Assembly: GCA_002633005.1 (NCBI GenBank)
Contig: NMRA01000002.1
Coordinates: 70,804 to 134,803, forward strand
Length of the DNA: 64,000 bases
Reading direction: 5' to 3'
DNA from: Phoronis australis
Lineage: Eukaryota; Animalia; Phoronida
The position numbers and the translations under genes were made by a program. Positions 51,801-64,000 of the stretch are shown piece after piece. A model generated the notes under the pieces. That model was not told where the DNA came from. It saw only the letters and a program-made list of their open reading frames with translations, and made no database searches. The first letter of the stretch is position 1; every line of letters starts with the position of its first letter.

Positions 51801-54800
51801 GAGCATAAGCAGCAGCGTTTAGCTAGGTAGAGTAAACGAGCTGAACTTTACAATGCGTCCCAGATTTTTTTTAAGTAAACAGTAATTGGCAAAACACTAT
51901 TTGATAATAAATGCATGCTACCAGCTTGTGAATATTGCGGGATTGTTTCTACACAGAAATGTGTAGATTATTCATGCCTTGGAGTTAGTGTTCATCGCCC
52001 GAATCAATGCTTCGATGCGGGTGAGATCGGCTATAGCAACAATTTGCAATTGCAATGGAAGTAAGACTTTATCTGCAGTAATTTGAAAACTTGTTTTTAC
52101 GTTGTCTCGAGGGCTAACTAACTGTGTGAATACTGGCCCTAAGCTGGACTTTGTGACAACGCAGCTTAAGCCTTGAAAGTTACCGTATTAATACTGAATT
52201 CATCGGCCTTTTATATAAGGACCAAAAATCAACTGAAGCAAAGGTGGTTCACATGAGCGAAATGATTTAGGGGAATGCCGTTATAGCAACTTTTTGACAT
52301 CTAGTCGATATCTTCCGAAAAAATAAAGACTAAAAACAGTTCTTACTCTCTCCTCCACTTACACGGGAAGTGAATTGGTTTGTTCACTCTACCTAATTAC
52401 ATATTTAAAATGGTGGACGAATGGTAGGAAATTGCCAGACGGTGATGACCCTTAAAACGATACCAAATCCACTTTGGCCTATTAACGGGTGTTAGAAATG
52501 ACGTTTCCATCTATTACTCTGAAACTAAAGAATGCACTGTAACCCTCGACAACCCTCAAATGTTTTGAGCAAAATTTGAAAATTCCTCACAAACTCTACT
52601 AAACGGGCAAGCGTGACCTACGCTTTAGGCGAGTTATACGACAACTGTAGGGTAAGACTACCCCGCCAAAAACCATGCTATCCTGTCTGTGACACAGAGT
52701 GTGAATTTTTAGTTGAATCCAATGCTACTCACTCAAGTGAGGTGCCAATGATGCATTGCAGGTGGTAGAACAGGGATTAGTTGAAATCATCAAAACAGAT
52801 GGGCAGCGCACCATAGGCGGGGGCTGGGGAGGCTATAATCCCCACTTATTTCAGTGCTGCGTCGCCCATGGTCCATAAGTTTCGAGGGGACTGAGTACAA
52901 TTTGATGGTCGCCGGCTCTAAATGATTGATTATGGTGTTTAACAAGTGAATCCAGCTCACAAAATTAAAAACGGCATGATATTGCAGATCATATTCTAGG
53001 AAATCGAATAAAAGGCTTTCTCAGAACCCATTTCAACAATTAGACTGGGATGTCCTTTATTTCAGTAGAACGATAGTTCTGACATTTTCACCCAGAAAAA
53101 CGTTTCTTCATAAATTTGTTTACTAACAACGCATTTGATTAGTTGCCCTGTACAACCCGACAATATTTTGTAACTTTTTGTATAAAGAAGTGCTATAGGT
53201 CGCCCATTTCTTCATTTTCTTGTATTTTTTCGGCTTAGGAGTAATGACACTACTCCTGGATCTTGACTTGGGAGCATGGAACGTTGCCCAAACCTCAAGT
53301 CGTTCCAAAAAAGAAAGAATTCCACGGAAAATCCATCATTGCATAGACTCACGTTCACTGTATTTCATTTGATTGCGGCACACAGATTTTTGTGATTTGA
53401 TGAAGCGGATGTGCTGTCGTCGACACCTTTATTTATGCAACAGTCCACAATGAGAGTAACCATTGCAAACACATCTTTCCAGGATGGAGTTAATTGGATG
53501 CTCAATGGAGTTCAACTTACTGCACACCGCCAACTGATACGCGAGGGACAACGTTATAGTCTAAATTACGAGGTCTCCCAATATGGAACGGCATTTGAAA
53601 CAATCACAACTTTGACCATCAAAAGTGCTCAGAATGGTGTTGACAACGGCACGTACAGGTGCGATGTTGACAACAATCCACCATTAAGTAAGAAAGCGAA
53701 ACTTGATATAACGCGTAAGTTTTTTAATGGAAAACTGCGTTTTAGAAGGTGTTTCTGTCAATTTTGCAAATTTTACGTACTAAAAAGGTATTTTGAATAT
53801 TCAGTTCTATTGGATTGATTTCAATTGTAAATCATTAGAATAAAACTTCTGCAATGAACCGGAAGTGTTGATGCCGTGGACGTACAATGCAACCGCGGTG
53901 AGTCTGATAGCGTGAGCCCCATTGTATAACTGCTTTCTGGTGTTATTGCTCATGGCAAATTGCTACACCACCGATGTTGGGACTTGAAACTTGGCAACGA
54001 GTGCGACAATATATGATGTCAACATCGACACACGTTGTCGTTCCGGCGACAGTATCTGTCTGTGATCGCACCCGGCAGATGCATCGAATGCGACGATACA
54101 TGCTGTTGCTTCGTGACGGCACCCTCTAAAATCATCTACCTTTATCGGAACTGCGGTTGTGTGCATGTAGGCCTATACGCCATGGTGTTTGTAAATAGGC
54201 GACGAGGACTCACCCAGTATATTAGGTGCTGGATATGCGCATCCGGAGTTTGAGTGGGGCCAGGAGCGATCGAAAGTGGAGAGGGCGAGTTTTCGAGATG
54301 GGGGGTAAATTCTCTCCTGAAGTTGTTCAATGTTTGTGCTTACAACAAAATAATACCATAAGTATACGGGTATTCTATTCCTGTTTCTCTCTATGTTAGG
54401 GAATCGAAGGCTCTTCGTCCCATGGCTGAAAATATTGCTGTCACGAACACAACTACACTTGTGCGAGAAAGTTCAGTTGTGATTCAAGGCATATGAACAC
54501 TACACACAGGTGCGACACTGAGTTTCCATTGCTTGTAAATTCGCGGTTATAGGCTGCACGCTTTAGAAAAGAGATGTTTGAAAATAAACGTTACAAATTG
54601 TGCCATTGTATAATTCACTTGGAAAAAACAAAATTCCCAGAAACTCTTAGCTTTCTTAAGGAAGGTAATTGACCCTATGTTTCGTGATACTTTCAACATT
54701 TCACTCAGCGGTGTCTCCGATTCTATGTTATCTGTGGCTTTCTTGCTTTCGGAGAAAAGGCAGCTTGTGACATTTGCATTTAGACCTTGCTCCCTGACTT

Positions 54801-57800
54801 AGATCGCGTCGCTTTCAAAGCTCGACTATCTTGACAACAAGCTTGAAAATCGCTATTTTAGGCCGAGAAACAAAAAAGTTTCACACGGCAGGGGGAGAGG
54901 TATTCTCTCCCACTCGTCGCACATGTACCTCTCTTCCAATCTGGAAAATATCAATCTTCTCCAGTGGTAGAATGCGAACCACGGTTTTAGCATCCCAAAT
55001 CCCTGTTTGCATATTCGATGCTACCGCATACGAGACTGGCACCCGGCATAGTTATGCCAAGCATGAGGTCTTCATGACACCAATTCAATATCCTCGCCTG
55101 AGACCCCTGGTACGTATATTAAAACTGAAGTCTGACCATCCTCATCATCATCATCATCATCATCATCATAACCGTCACCACCATTAGCATCACCATCACA
55201 GTCATCATTATTACCATCAGCGTCATCGTCGACTTGTTACAGCCTCGTTTTAGGCTTTATACAATGTCCTGGACCCTGTTTAACTTGTGAATGCGCCTTT
55301 ATGCCAAACACCCTGCGGTAAGCGATATTTGCCCAGTGCAGTGGCGCAGTCACTATATACTATGAGGTCAACAGTAAGCGCCGGCGTTCACGACTCATAT
55401 GTCGTAACGGACACACACTGTTGCCTGGGCAACCATAATATACGTTGAACAAGAAAAATAGTGTTATTCATCCAGTGTTGACTGAGTGAAACGATGGATT
55501 TTAACTGGATTTTAAAGTTTAAAATCGTTACATAACATTCATAGGCATAATGTAAACTTTTTTCTCTCTGCCTCTCTTTTAGCACCTTGTGACCTAGCCA
55601 TTATAGAAAACCACGGTGTGATTATTATCGGCAAAGAAGCTCGGAAGTTCTTTCCTGGAGAACAAATGAGTCTGAGCTGTATTCTAGGATACCGGAAACT
55701 TAATGGAAACCCAACCGTCACATGCCAAGACAACTCCACGTGGAGTGATGTACCTCTGTTTTGCGACCGCCTGTCTTGCGGCCGTGTGCCGGAGGGAGTT
55801 AACGCCTTTTCCCAAACTGATTCGATATTGTTCGAAGGAAAAGCCAAGTACACTTGTTTCATTGGTTTTGAAATGTTGGCTGGTAACTCGACTAGGAGGT
55901 GTGGGTCTGATGGAAATTGGACAGGCATGCCCCTGCACTGCACCAGTAAGTGTAAGTCAAAACTCCTCTATGTGTTGCTTCAGTGCTTGTTTGTAGTATC
56001 TAATTTCACATCATTTATTAAATGTCTTAGCTGTTCCTTTGAACACCCTGACTGTTACATTTTAACTTGATGTACCTATTTCCAACTGAGCTCACGTGAA
56101 ATTCAGTGGATTCCCACTCAGTCTTTTCGAGATAAAATAAATACACAGGGTCAAAGGTCAAGGTCAAAAAGTAATTATTTTAGGCTGATAACTTATGGTG
56201 GTCACTAAAGTGATTGTTCGATGAGGTTGGAATATTGAATTGTGGGATTGCACTTCATTGTTGAATATTTTCGCCGCAAATACAAACTTTTGTCTTGCGG
56301 TTTACGGAAAGCAGCCCTGGCTGTAAAAAGTGTCATGGGCCACGCGGTATCACTTAGCACTCTGTCTTCTAGTTATCGTGCAACACCTCATTATGCCTCT
56401 GTTCGTGCTAGTCTTCAAGTGACTAATTGCGTACAGATTTAACAATATCTCGCCGGGATTTGGAGAAAATAGTATTTATACAAGGCAGGGCAAAATGGTG
56501 ACCGCGAAGTCAAGGAGCGGATTTTTGTTCCTGGACCAAATCCTGCGTATGTTTAGCCACAGAGGTCTTGAGGAGGGGGAAGAGGCTCCCATATAGTGCC
56601 GTGAAAGATATAGGTTCTCAGTCTTGCGTGTTTCAGTGGTGTGTGGAGGACAAAGATAAGTGCATTTTGACCATTTACGCTTCAGTGGGAAACGCGTAAT
56701 TAGTGAACTTAAGAGGAGCCAGGTATAGACATTTGTATATGGTTAGCCAAGTGCGACAGAAATTCGAATTAGTACTGTCATAGTTCCAAAATTATCACGG
56801 TAATTATTCTTTAGCCAATCAGAAGTCGGGAATAATTACAGGTTCGTTATTACATAGAACTCTAGAGCTGGAGTAGTCAGTGGTTACTTGCACAAAAATC
56901 AGTGAGGAACAGTTGCTTAAAAACAGAAAACCCGTCCGCAGCTATTCTTATTTATATGCAACGTCTTTAGCGCCAGTGCATTGAAACCGCAAGCAATAAA
57001 ACACCTGGCTTTGGATGGTGACGAGAAAAGCCGGTGCCATAGTAATTCTTGCACTCTATGAAAGTTAATTATTTTTCGAATTGAAAGTTTGTCATTCTGG
57101 ATTGTCACGTTTAGGTTTAACCGAAATTTGTCTTTTAGCCTGTTTCAATTTTCCATTTGGACTATCTTGTTGAGTAGCTCGGTTCAAGTACTTCATGAGC
57201 GAGAGAAAAATGTAATGTGTGTGAGGATACTTGTATGCTTAGGACTAAGCGCCCCTATCTTGAAATATGTGGTGTCTGTATAATTGTTTCCACGAAGGGG
57301 TGAAATAAAATACAGGTAACCAAACTATATTTCGACGATTGTCATTTACTAATCCAGTACGTAATATATCTGATCAGATTGCTTATAAAAATTGATACTG
57401 ATCACTGATGCTTTACCTAATTACTAAACTTCTTTCTCCCGAAGTTGCTAAATTCTTTTGATGATTACTAGGAAGAAGTTGCGGAGTTCCAGTTGTTGAC
57501 AGGCGCACCATTCAATTGGGAACCAATTATCTCTTCGAGGGCACGGTGTCATTTGTATGTCCGGACGGTTATCAAAACGTAAATGGAAGTTTTACAATCA
57601 TCTGTCAAAAAGACGGGAAATGGAACGATTCGTCCTTGGTATGTCGACGCATCTCTTGTGGTGCACCAAGTCTTCTGCCGAACACAATGCTTTACCCACA
57701 AGTTAACGACACGAGTGTTGGAGACGTCGCACGCTATGCATGTAGACCCGGTTACGAACCGACGGGAGGAAACTCTTCGAGAACTTGCGGTGTAGAAGGA

Positions 57801-60800
57801 CAATGGAACGGAACTGCTCTCCAATGTTCAAGTAAGTCATCTGTTTTTGGCCAAAATATGAGTACGAACTAAGATCGGCGCATATGTAAACAAAGACATT
57901 GTATTAATCGACGTTTCGGTTTATTGTCACTAAGCCATTGTCAAGACAAATGCTCACAATACTCCAGTCTGGTAACACAGGTCGAGAACAATAAACCGAA
58001 ACGTCATACAATATCTTCATCATAATTTATTTTGCCCGTGGTACGCAACGAGCTATGTTGCAGAGTTAAACGAGATGAGGATTGCGAATGTCATTTATTA
58101 TGACGTAAGTAGAAGAACTAAAGATGACTCTGCAAGATGGGTATGAAAAAACGTCACCGTCGTGTACAATGAATTGCCCTTAATGATGGAACCAAAACAA
58201 ATGACCTAATAACTGCCTGAAGGGTCTAAAATGTACAAACAAAAGATTATAAACAAACAAAAAGCCTGAAGGGCCGAACAGGTAATGTATAATAAGAAAA
58301 TTTTAAAACAGGCACCCGGGATGGAGTGTGGGAAAAATACAGAGTAAAAATGTAGATTTTGTAGAAGACAAGGTAGGTGGTTAAATAAACTAGACCACGC
58401 TATACCGAAAAAAGGAAAATAATATGAGTAACCAATCAAGTGTCGAGTAGAGAAATGTATGAATACAAAGTAGACTCCTTAGTGAGGCTGTTAAAAGAAA
58501 TGAGTTATACAAAATGCTTGATGTAAAAGTAAAAGTGAAAAATGTCAAAATAATGATAATAAATGCATTTAAAAATATTAAAGTTCGTACTAGGAAGAAG
58601 CCGCGGAGCTCCAGGTGTGGAGAGGCTCATTAGAACGAGGCAGCAAGCGATCTCTGTTTGTCATTTATCCACAACGCTCCGACGGCACTTTCGACTGCAC
58701 GCTGGAGGCCACTGAGATCGAAGCTAATTTTCATCCATTGGTTTCATTCAGCTTTGCGTGAATGACATCCCGCGATCCCGTTTACAACTTTAGCCAACAC
58801 TTGCGTGTACTGTACCAGTCGCCAGCCGACTAGAGCGACGCCTTCATGAAAACGGCTGCCACCCATTTTAATGAAACGTAGTTTCTATCTGTATCGGTGT
58901 AAAGTATAAAAATTACAACTTATTCAATTACAATTTATTTCTGTACATATTTGTTTGAGTAAAATGTGAGAGTCTGTTAACTACCGGAATCAGGAAGAAG
59001 CTGCGGGGCTCCAGACGTTGACAGGCGCGTCATTCAATTGGGCAGCAATTACTTCTTCGAGGACACGGTGTCATTTACATGTCCGTATGGCTATCAAAAC
59101 TTCAGCGGCAGTATTACCATCATTTGTCAAGAAGACGGGACATGGAGCGAGTCGGCCTTGGAATGTCAACGCATCTCTTGTGGCGCGCCTAACAAACTAC
59201 CGAACTCTGTGCTTGAAGTTAACGACACGGCAGTTGGAGACATCGCGCGCTATGCGTGTATCCCCGGTTTTGAGCAGTCGGGAGGGAGTTCTTCTAGAAC
59301 ATGCGGTGAAGAAGGGCATTGGAATGGGACCCCCCTCCAATGTGCAAGTAAGCAATACGTGAACAAAACGAAACATTAAATTTAGATGTGTATACGTGTA
59401 ACTTCATGCGCGCACCCAGCCTTTAATATGGGGCCTCGAATTTCTGGCGATGTGCACCTTTTGCTGACAAAAAAGCGGGAGGACTGAAAAAAGAAAAAAC
59501 GGGGTATCACGTTCACTGTGCGTCTGCGAGTTTTTAGTGGAATTTTTCTCGTTTTCTCGGACTTTTTGTTTTTCTGAGGCGGACCATTTTGCCCACTTGG
59601 CCAAATGGGGGGGCTCGCTCGAGCCCCCCGNNNNGGCCCCCCCCCCCCCCCCGGGTGCGCGCATGAACTTCACTGTTCATTTGTATTTCATGAAGGAGCA
59701 TTGCCATAGATTGCGCAGAGCAACTGATCACCGCAGGGGGCATGACGTCATGCAATGTAAAAGTGACCAGTTGCCAAGTGAACTATCGCGAGCTCCGCCC
59801 CTTGCAAAAAGTCGACAAACAATAAGTTTTACCCGGCAACGTGTTGTTTGTCGGGTAAGATGACGCCTTGGAAACGAAGGTGTGTCAAGAATGCTGCGTT
59901 CTGATTGGTCAGTTAAGTCGTCACTCAAAACTCTCTGTTCGCTAAACATCTTGCTAGGTGCTAGACCTTCTTGAATGAGCCTTAGGATTTATAAGTGATG
60001 TGAATGTAAGCTTCACAATTTTAGAATTAAAATTGAAAATGTAATTTCTGTTTGCCTGGATTTCGCTGTAGAAACGAGTATTGAACTTGCAAATGCTGTT
60101 GGTTGTTCAATAAGTTAATTGTAAGAACAAATTTGATGTCAAATTATTAACACTTCAAATCGACAAACTTTCCTTACGTTTGTTCAAAAGAGATTCTACA
60201 ATTACAGGATATTCACAGACTTCGAACAATGTGATGCGTACGTGTTGTCAACGGCGATACTGTTATTTTTTACAGCAGGGAATTGGCTGGAATGGAGCGC
60301 TCTTACCGAGTGTACCGCCACTTGTGGGAAAGGTTTGCGAGTGACCAGGAGGAAATGTTCTTTTCAAGGCCAAGTGACCAAATTGACTCGTTGCCAAGGT
60401 TATTCGTCCACGTTCATCCCTTGCAAGGCTCAGATTTCTTGCACATTCCTAGAGGATCAAAAAGAAGGTAGATTTGAGTAAATTACTTGAGACTTTTACT
60501 TTGTTATCAATCTCCCAAGAACAATTTCCTGTAGGAAAGGTGATTTAAATAAAATGAAGATTTGCCCCCTCCCCCACCTTACGGACGCGGCCAAAAAGAC
60601 GCTAGGGCATTCCGTGGTACTCGATCGAAATCTTTTGAAAAGTCAATAAATGCACAATAGAACCTGCCACCCTTCTTGCTCATGTGTTTCTGACATAGCG
60701 CATACACAGAAAATATCTGATCCACAGTCGCGCAATGATTACATTTTTATGTATCTACGATAACCGACTTATTCGTAAAAGATTTTTAAGTGTTATGTAA

Positions 60801-62970
60801 GATAATCGAAGAAGAATGGATGTTTCAGTGAACTTTGATACAGGCTGAAATTAATGAAATCCCTATCATCAAACCCCAAACAACAAAATAAACAAGGTGA
60901 TTTTGCCAATCTGAAGTTATTAACCCCCTATGAAACCGGTGTTTCCGTGATTTTTTACCTAGGTTGGTGAAATTTTAGTAGTTCAATATAGTTTGCCCTT
61001 CCCCTAAGGGGTTAGAATAGCCACCAGAAACTTTGATACTCACCTTCAACAAAGAATTCTTAAACCGCCCCATAGGCAGTGTACCATGTATTAGAGACTC
61101 TAGAACCATACCCCTTTAAGTGTATCCATACACTGCCATGGTCCTAATAAAGTGAACTCCCCATGAAACTGGACCGTAATAAACTAAATTTTGACCTTGG
61201 GCCTCATTTTACTTTCACAAACAGACAAAACTATAATCGAAATTTCCGACACGATTCTCCATCTACTTGTTTCGGATTAGGGAACCCTCGGAAGGGGTTT
61301 CATGACTTTCATATCCCCTTAAACGATGATCTAGGCAGCACATGGTCAAAATCTTACCCTAACGGCGTAACGTGTAGAGTGACCTTTTCTTGCGAAATTA
61401 TGTTGTGGCATGGGTACCCGAATTTTTGTTGACTTCTTCCATGGGGTTTGCCACACGCATGTCTACAGCTAGGGGGTGCTAAACTGACGAAGAACAGGGT
61501 GCTATCATAGGGGAGCATGCAGGTCAATTTGGCGAAACAACGGGGAGAGGACTAAAACTGTCGAGATTCCCGGGGTGAAACTAGTGGGAAATACACCCTA
61601 AAGCAATGTATGGTTTCTATGATGTTTGGGTAAACCTAGGAGTCGTGTGTCTAGAGTCGTTTGTAAATGATAGTCCGATGTTGATTCCAATTCCGAGTTA
61701 AACTAATACAAAAATTTTAAGGTTGTATTAAAACATGAAAAATATTTAGAAATTGACAATCGTGTTCGTGCAAAGTTTTACACGTTTTCGATGTGCAAAC
61801 GACAGTAGAAACTGGTTGTCACGTAAATATGATATTCCAAGGCAGAGTGTGTACATTTTGCTCGAGGAATTGTGTCGAGGATAAATATCACTTTTTGTTA
61901 GTTTGCGACGCTTTTTCCGATATCGGAGCTAAGTTTCTATAGTAAGAGCCTCTGGACAAGTCCCTCTTTGTTTAAATTTCATAGCCTGTTTTGTAATCCC
62001 GATACCTCAGATGTGAAATATGTATGACTGCGCATCTCAAAATCGGAAAAGCTTGTGTATTGCTGACTGGTGTGCATAGCACTCCAATGATCTTGTTTGT
62101 TTGTTGTACTTTGGGCCGATGGTCATGTGTACAAAAAAGAAAGGAATTAATACACCCTAAAGCAAACCTTCCCACGCCTACGCAATCTCTTTGTGGAGTT
62201 TTGTCTTTTCAGTGCAAGACAAACTTGCCCGACAAGGCTATGTGGATCTCGTAGAGTCTCGAAATATGTGGTACTGGTTATGGACAGTCACTTACATCAG
62301 TGGCGTGTTTATGTTACTTTGGTATAGCAGACAGATGTACCTCGAGGAAGGGTTGCGACTGAGGAGACGTGCGCGTCGCGAATTCGATTACATCATCCTA
62401 CGCATAGCTGCACTGATGAAGGGGGACAAGCAACTGCTGCACGATACAATACATTGCACGAAAAACTTCGATACGGAAGTAATTTCTGAGAATTACGAGT
62501 ACGTCTCGAGGCAGCTGTGCAGGCATGGGCACGGTAAAAAACGGCCGTCGACGAGATCTATACCAGGCCCTTCGAAAGTAACAACTGTTCATCCCACAAT
62601 TGGGAATCTGTTTCAAACTGCATTCGACATAAAATCAAATTCAGATAACTTGGATGATCTGTTGGAAACCTTTCGACAGCCAATAAAGGCAGGAACGTCT
62701 GCAGACACAGTCCGCTCGCTGAATTTTTTTTCTTGTCTGCCATCTCCAGTGAACAAACTTTCATCATTCAAGTCTACATTTTCTCAAATACGAGATATAA
62801 CGAAGACGCAGGTCAGAACAAATATCTCGGTTCCTTCGGTACATAAGACGCTATCATTCAATAAAGCGAAGGGTCGGTCTTTTTTAGGCTTGTCAGTCAA
62901 GAAGGTTGGGCCTAGTGTCGAAAATTGCCTCCTCACAAAAGTGACAAAGGTGCCGAATCTGCCTTCATAG
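48891..62970 (+). CDS. Type I membrane protein: signal peptide, Ig-like domain, 6 Sushi/CCP, TSP1, TM, ~214 aa Ser/Lys-rich cytoplasmic tail (~804 aa)
   Basis: Hand-spliced exons: 48891-48960 (MAFPFMSVFLILFFQCVEGLNAR), 50948-51033 and 53483-53714 (Ig: ATFRC...VNW...DNGTYRC), 55583-55945, 57472-57831, 58994-59347 (two CCP each), 60276-60467 (TSP1: WLEWSALTECTATCGKGLRVTRRKC), 62213-62970 (TM MWYWLWTVTYISGVFMLLWY then basic RLRRRARR). Total 2415 nt with consistent phases. Confidence 0.85.
48984..49139. mobile_element. Second copy of the 156-bp hAT-type MITE
   Basis: Colinear with 15911-16066 over its whole length. TSD not preserved. Starts 23 nt into intron 1 of the Ig/Sushi gene. Confidence 0.82.
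55137..55230. repeat. (CAT)n microsatellite with degenerate extension
   Basis: About 9 perfect CAT units at 55143-55169, then a decayed CAY/CRT tract. Intronic. Confidence 0.9.
58594..58646 (+). pseudogene. Truncated, degenerate copy of the 5' end of the two-Sushi exon
   Basis: ag|GAAGAAGCCGCGGAGCTCCAGGTGTGGAGAGGC..GGCAGCAA aligns with exon starts at 57472 and 58994 (ag|GAAGAAGCTGCGGGGCTCCAGACGTTGACAGGC..GGCAGCAA). The first Cys codon is changed to Arg and homology ends after ~55 nt. Confidence 0.7.
59405..59665. mobile_element. ~260-bp MITE, same family (copy 3)
   Basis: CATGCGCGCACCC...GGGTGCGCGCATG flanked by AACTT on both sides. Contains Ns at 59631-59634. Confidence 0.87.
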
Positions 62971-64000
62971 TAATGCTGGTAAGAAAGCTGAGCAAACCAG
63001 CTCGCCTGAAATGATCGCCATAAGGCATCGAGCACTTTTTTGGAAACGGATGGCGGGTTTGTCTAACCGTGATATGCTCTTTTTTGAGACTGGGTATTCT
63101 GGTGACTGTGATACGCTTCTAACTCTTCTCACAGTTCCTTGCAAATTCTGGACTTAGCAAAACGATCTGAAGTTGCATTTGCCTTCTTTGGACATTCTCG
63201 TAGCGGCAGCCATTGTGGTATAATGTGCGGTTTTCAAACTGTACGTGCTTTTCAAACTTCAACTGTGTGGCTGCGGCCGCAATAAATAACACGGGTGTCC
63301 GGCAACACCTTGGGTATTCACGTACCTTCAAATTTCTACCGAGATTTAAAAGTTATTTGCGTTTTTGCGAACTTCAGACATACAGCCGTTTGACAGACAC
63401 ATACAATGTCACATGACTTAGGTTTGCACATGTGCAAATAACTTACACTTCCGGGCAGGTTGTAAAAGTTATCAAGATCAGTGCATCTACAATCTTTAGA
63501 TGTGTGGCCAATCGTTTTGCACTTTGAAAGTCACATAACTTGCCTTACGACTGAAGTCAGCAAATGTGCAGATTAAAACGTACACCTCCGAGAGGAAATC
63601 GAAGCTACTAAAATATCTGAAGTGTTTTGGCTATGACTGGCTCGAGTGATTTGGCGCGTGTGACCATATGTAGTTGGAAAAACAATGGTTATGTGTTTCA
63701 AACACACACTCCTGCTGGGAATGCATAGCTACAAGCCGCTCTGAAAAACTGCGGGTTTCGGCAAATCCTGCCTCCGCCACCAATGGTGTAGATCGTTGTT
63801 TCCTTTGTGAACAGTGCTGGAGTACAAATCATGTAACATTTGATGCTGACACAGCTGTTGTTGGCGACTGAAGAGGTCGCGACTGTGCAGTCTTGTGTGC
63901 ATGGATATAAATGCAAAAGAAATATATATGTATCTTCTGTGCCTACTAAATTCCTTCGTTGTGTTTGTTACTGTGGCTCTAGAAGGTTTTCGTCGGTTAC

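Noticed and set aside
50755-52875. Two similar ~65-bp GC-rich segments (~50755 and ~52805)
   Set aside because: They look like truncated ends of a dispersed repeat, and boundaries and TSD could not be defined.
54831-55187. ORF ending in poly-His
   Set aside because: Produced by an intronic (CAT)n microsatellite.

Overview
Eukaryotic (invertebrate animal) genomic DNA, AT-rich and intron-rich. The H2B motif ESYGIYIYK and TTCATTC histone cap-site motifs suggest an echinoderm/hemichordate-like source (inference). It holds two complete 16-coding-exon SLC26A11-like anion transporter paralogues arranged tail-to-tail (+ 612-15284; - 42484-23055). Between their 3' ends sits a small replication-dependent histone island: an intact divergent H2B/H2A pair with stem-loops and downstream elements, and a decayed H3. 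An 8-exon type I membrane protein gene follows (signal peptide-Ig-6xSushi/CCP-TSP1-TM-long basic tail; + 48891-62970). Introns carry several non-autonomous DNA transposons, including a ~2.5 kb foldback element with a THAP-domain relic. The most notable signal is that the second SLC26 paralogue has a natural Glu->Gln change at the TM8 glutamate linked to proton coupling and lacks the PDZ-type tail, while its reading frame is intact. All gene models were spliced by hand from GT-AG boundaries and are not transcript-verified.
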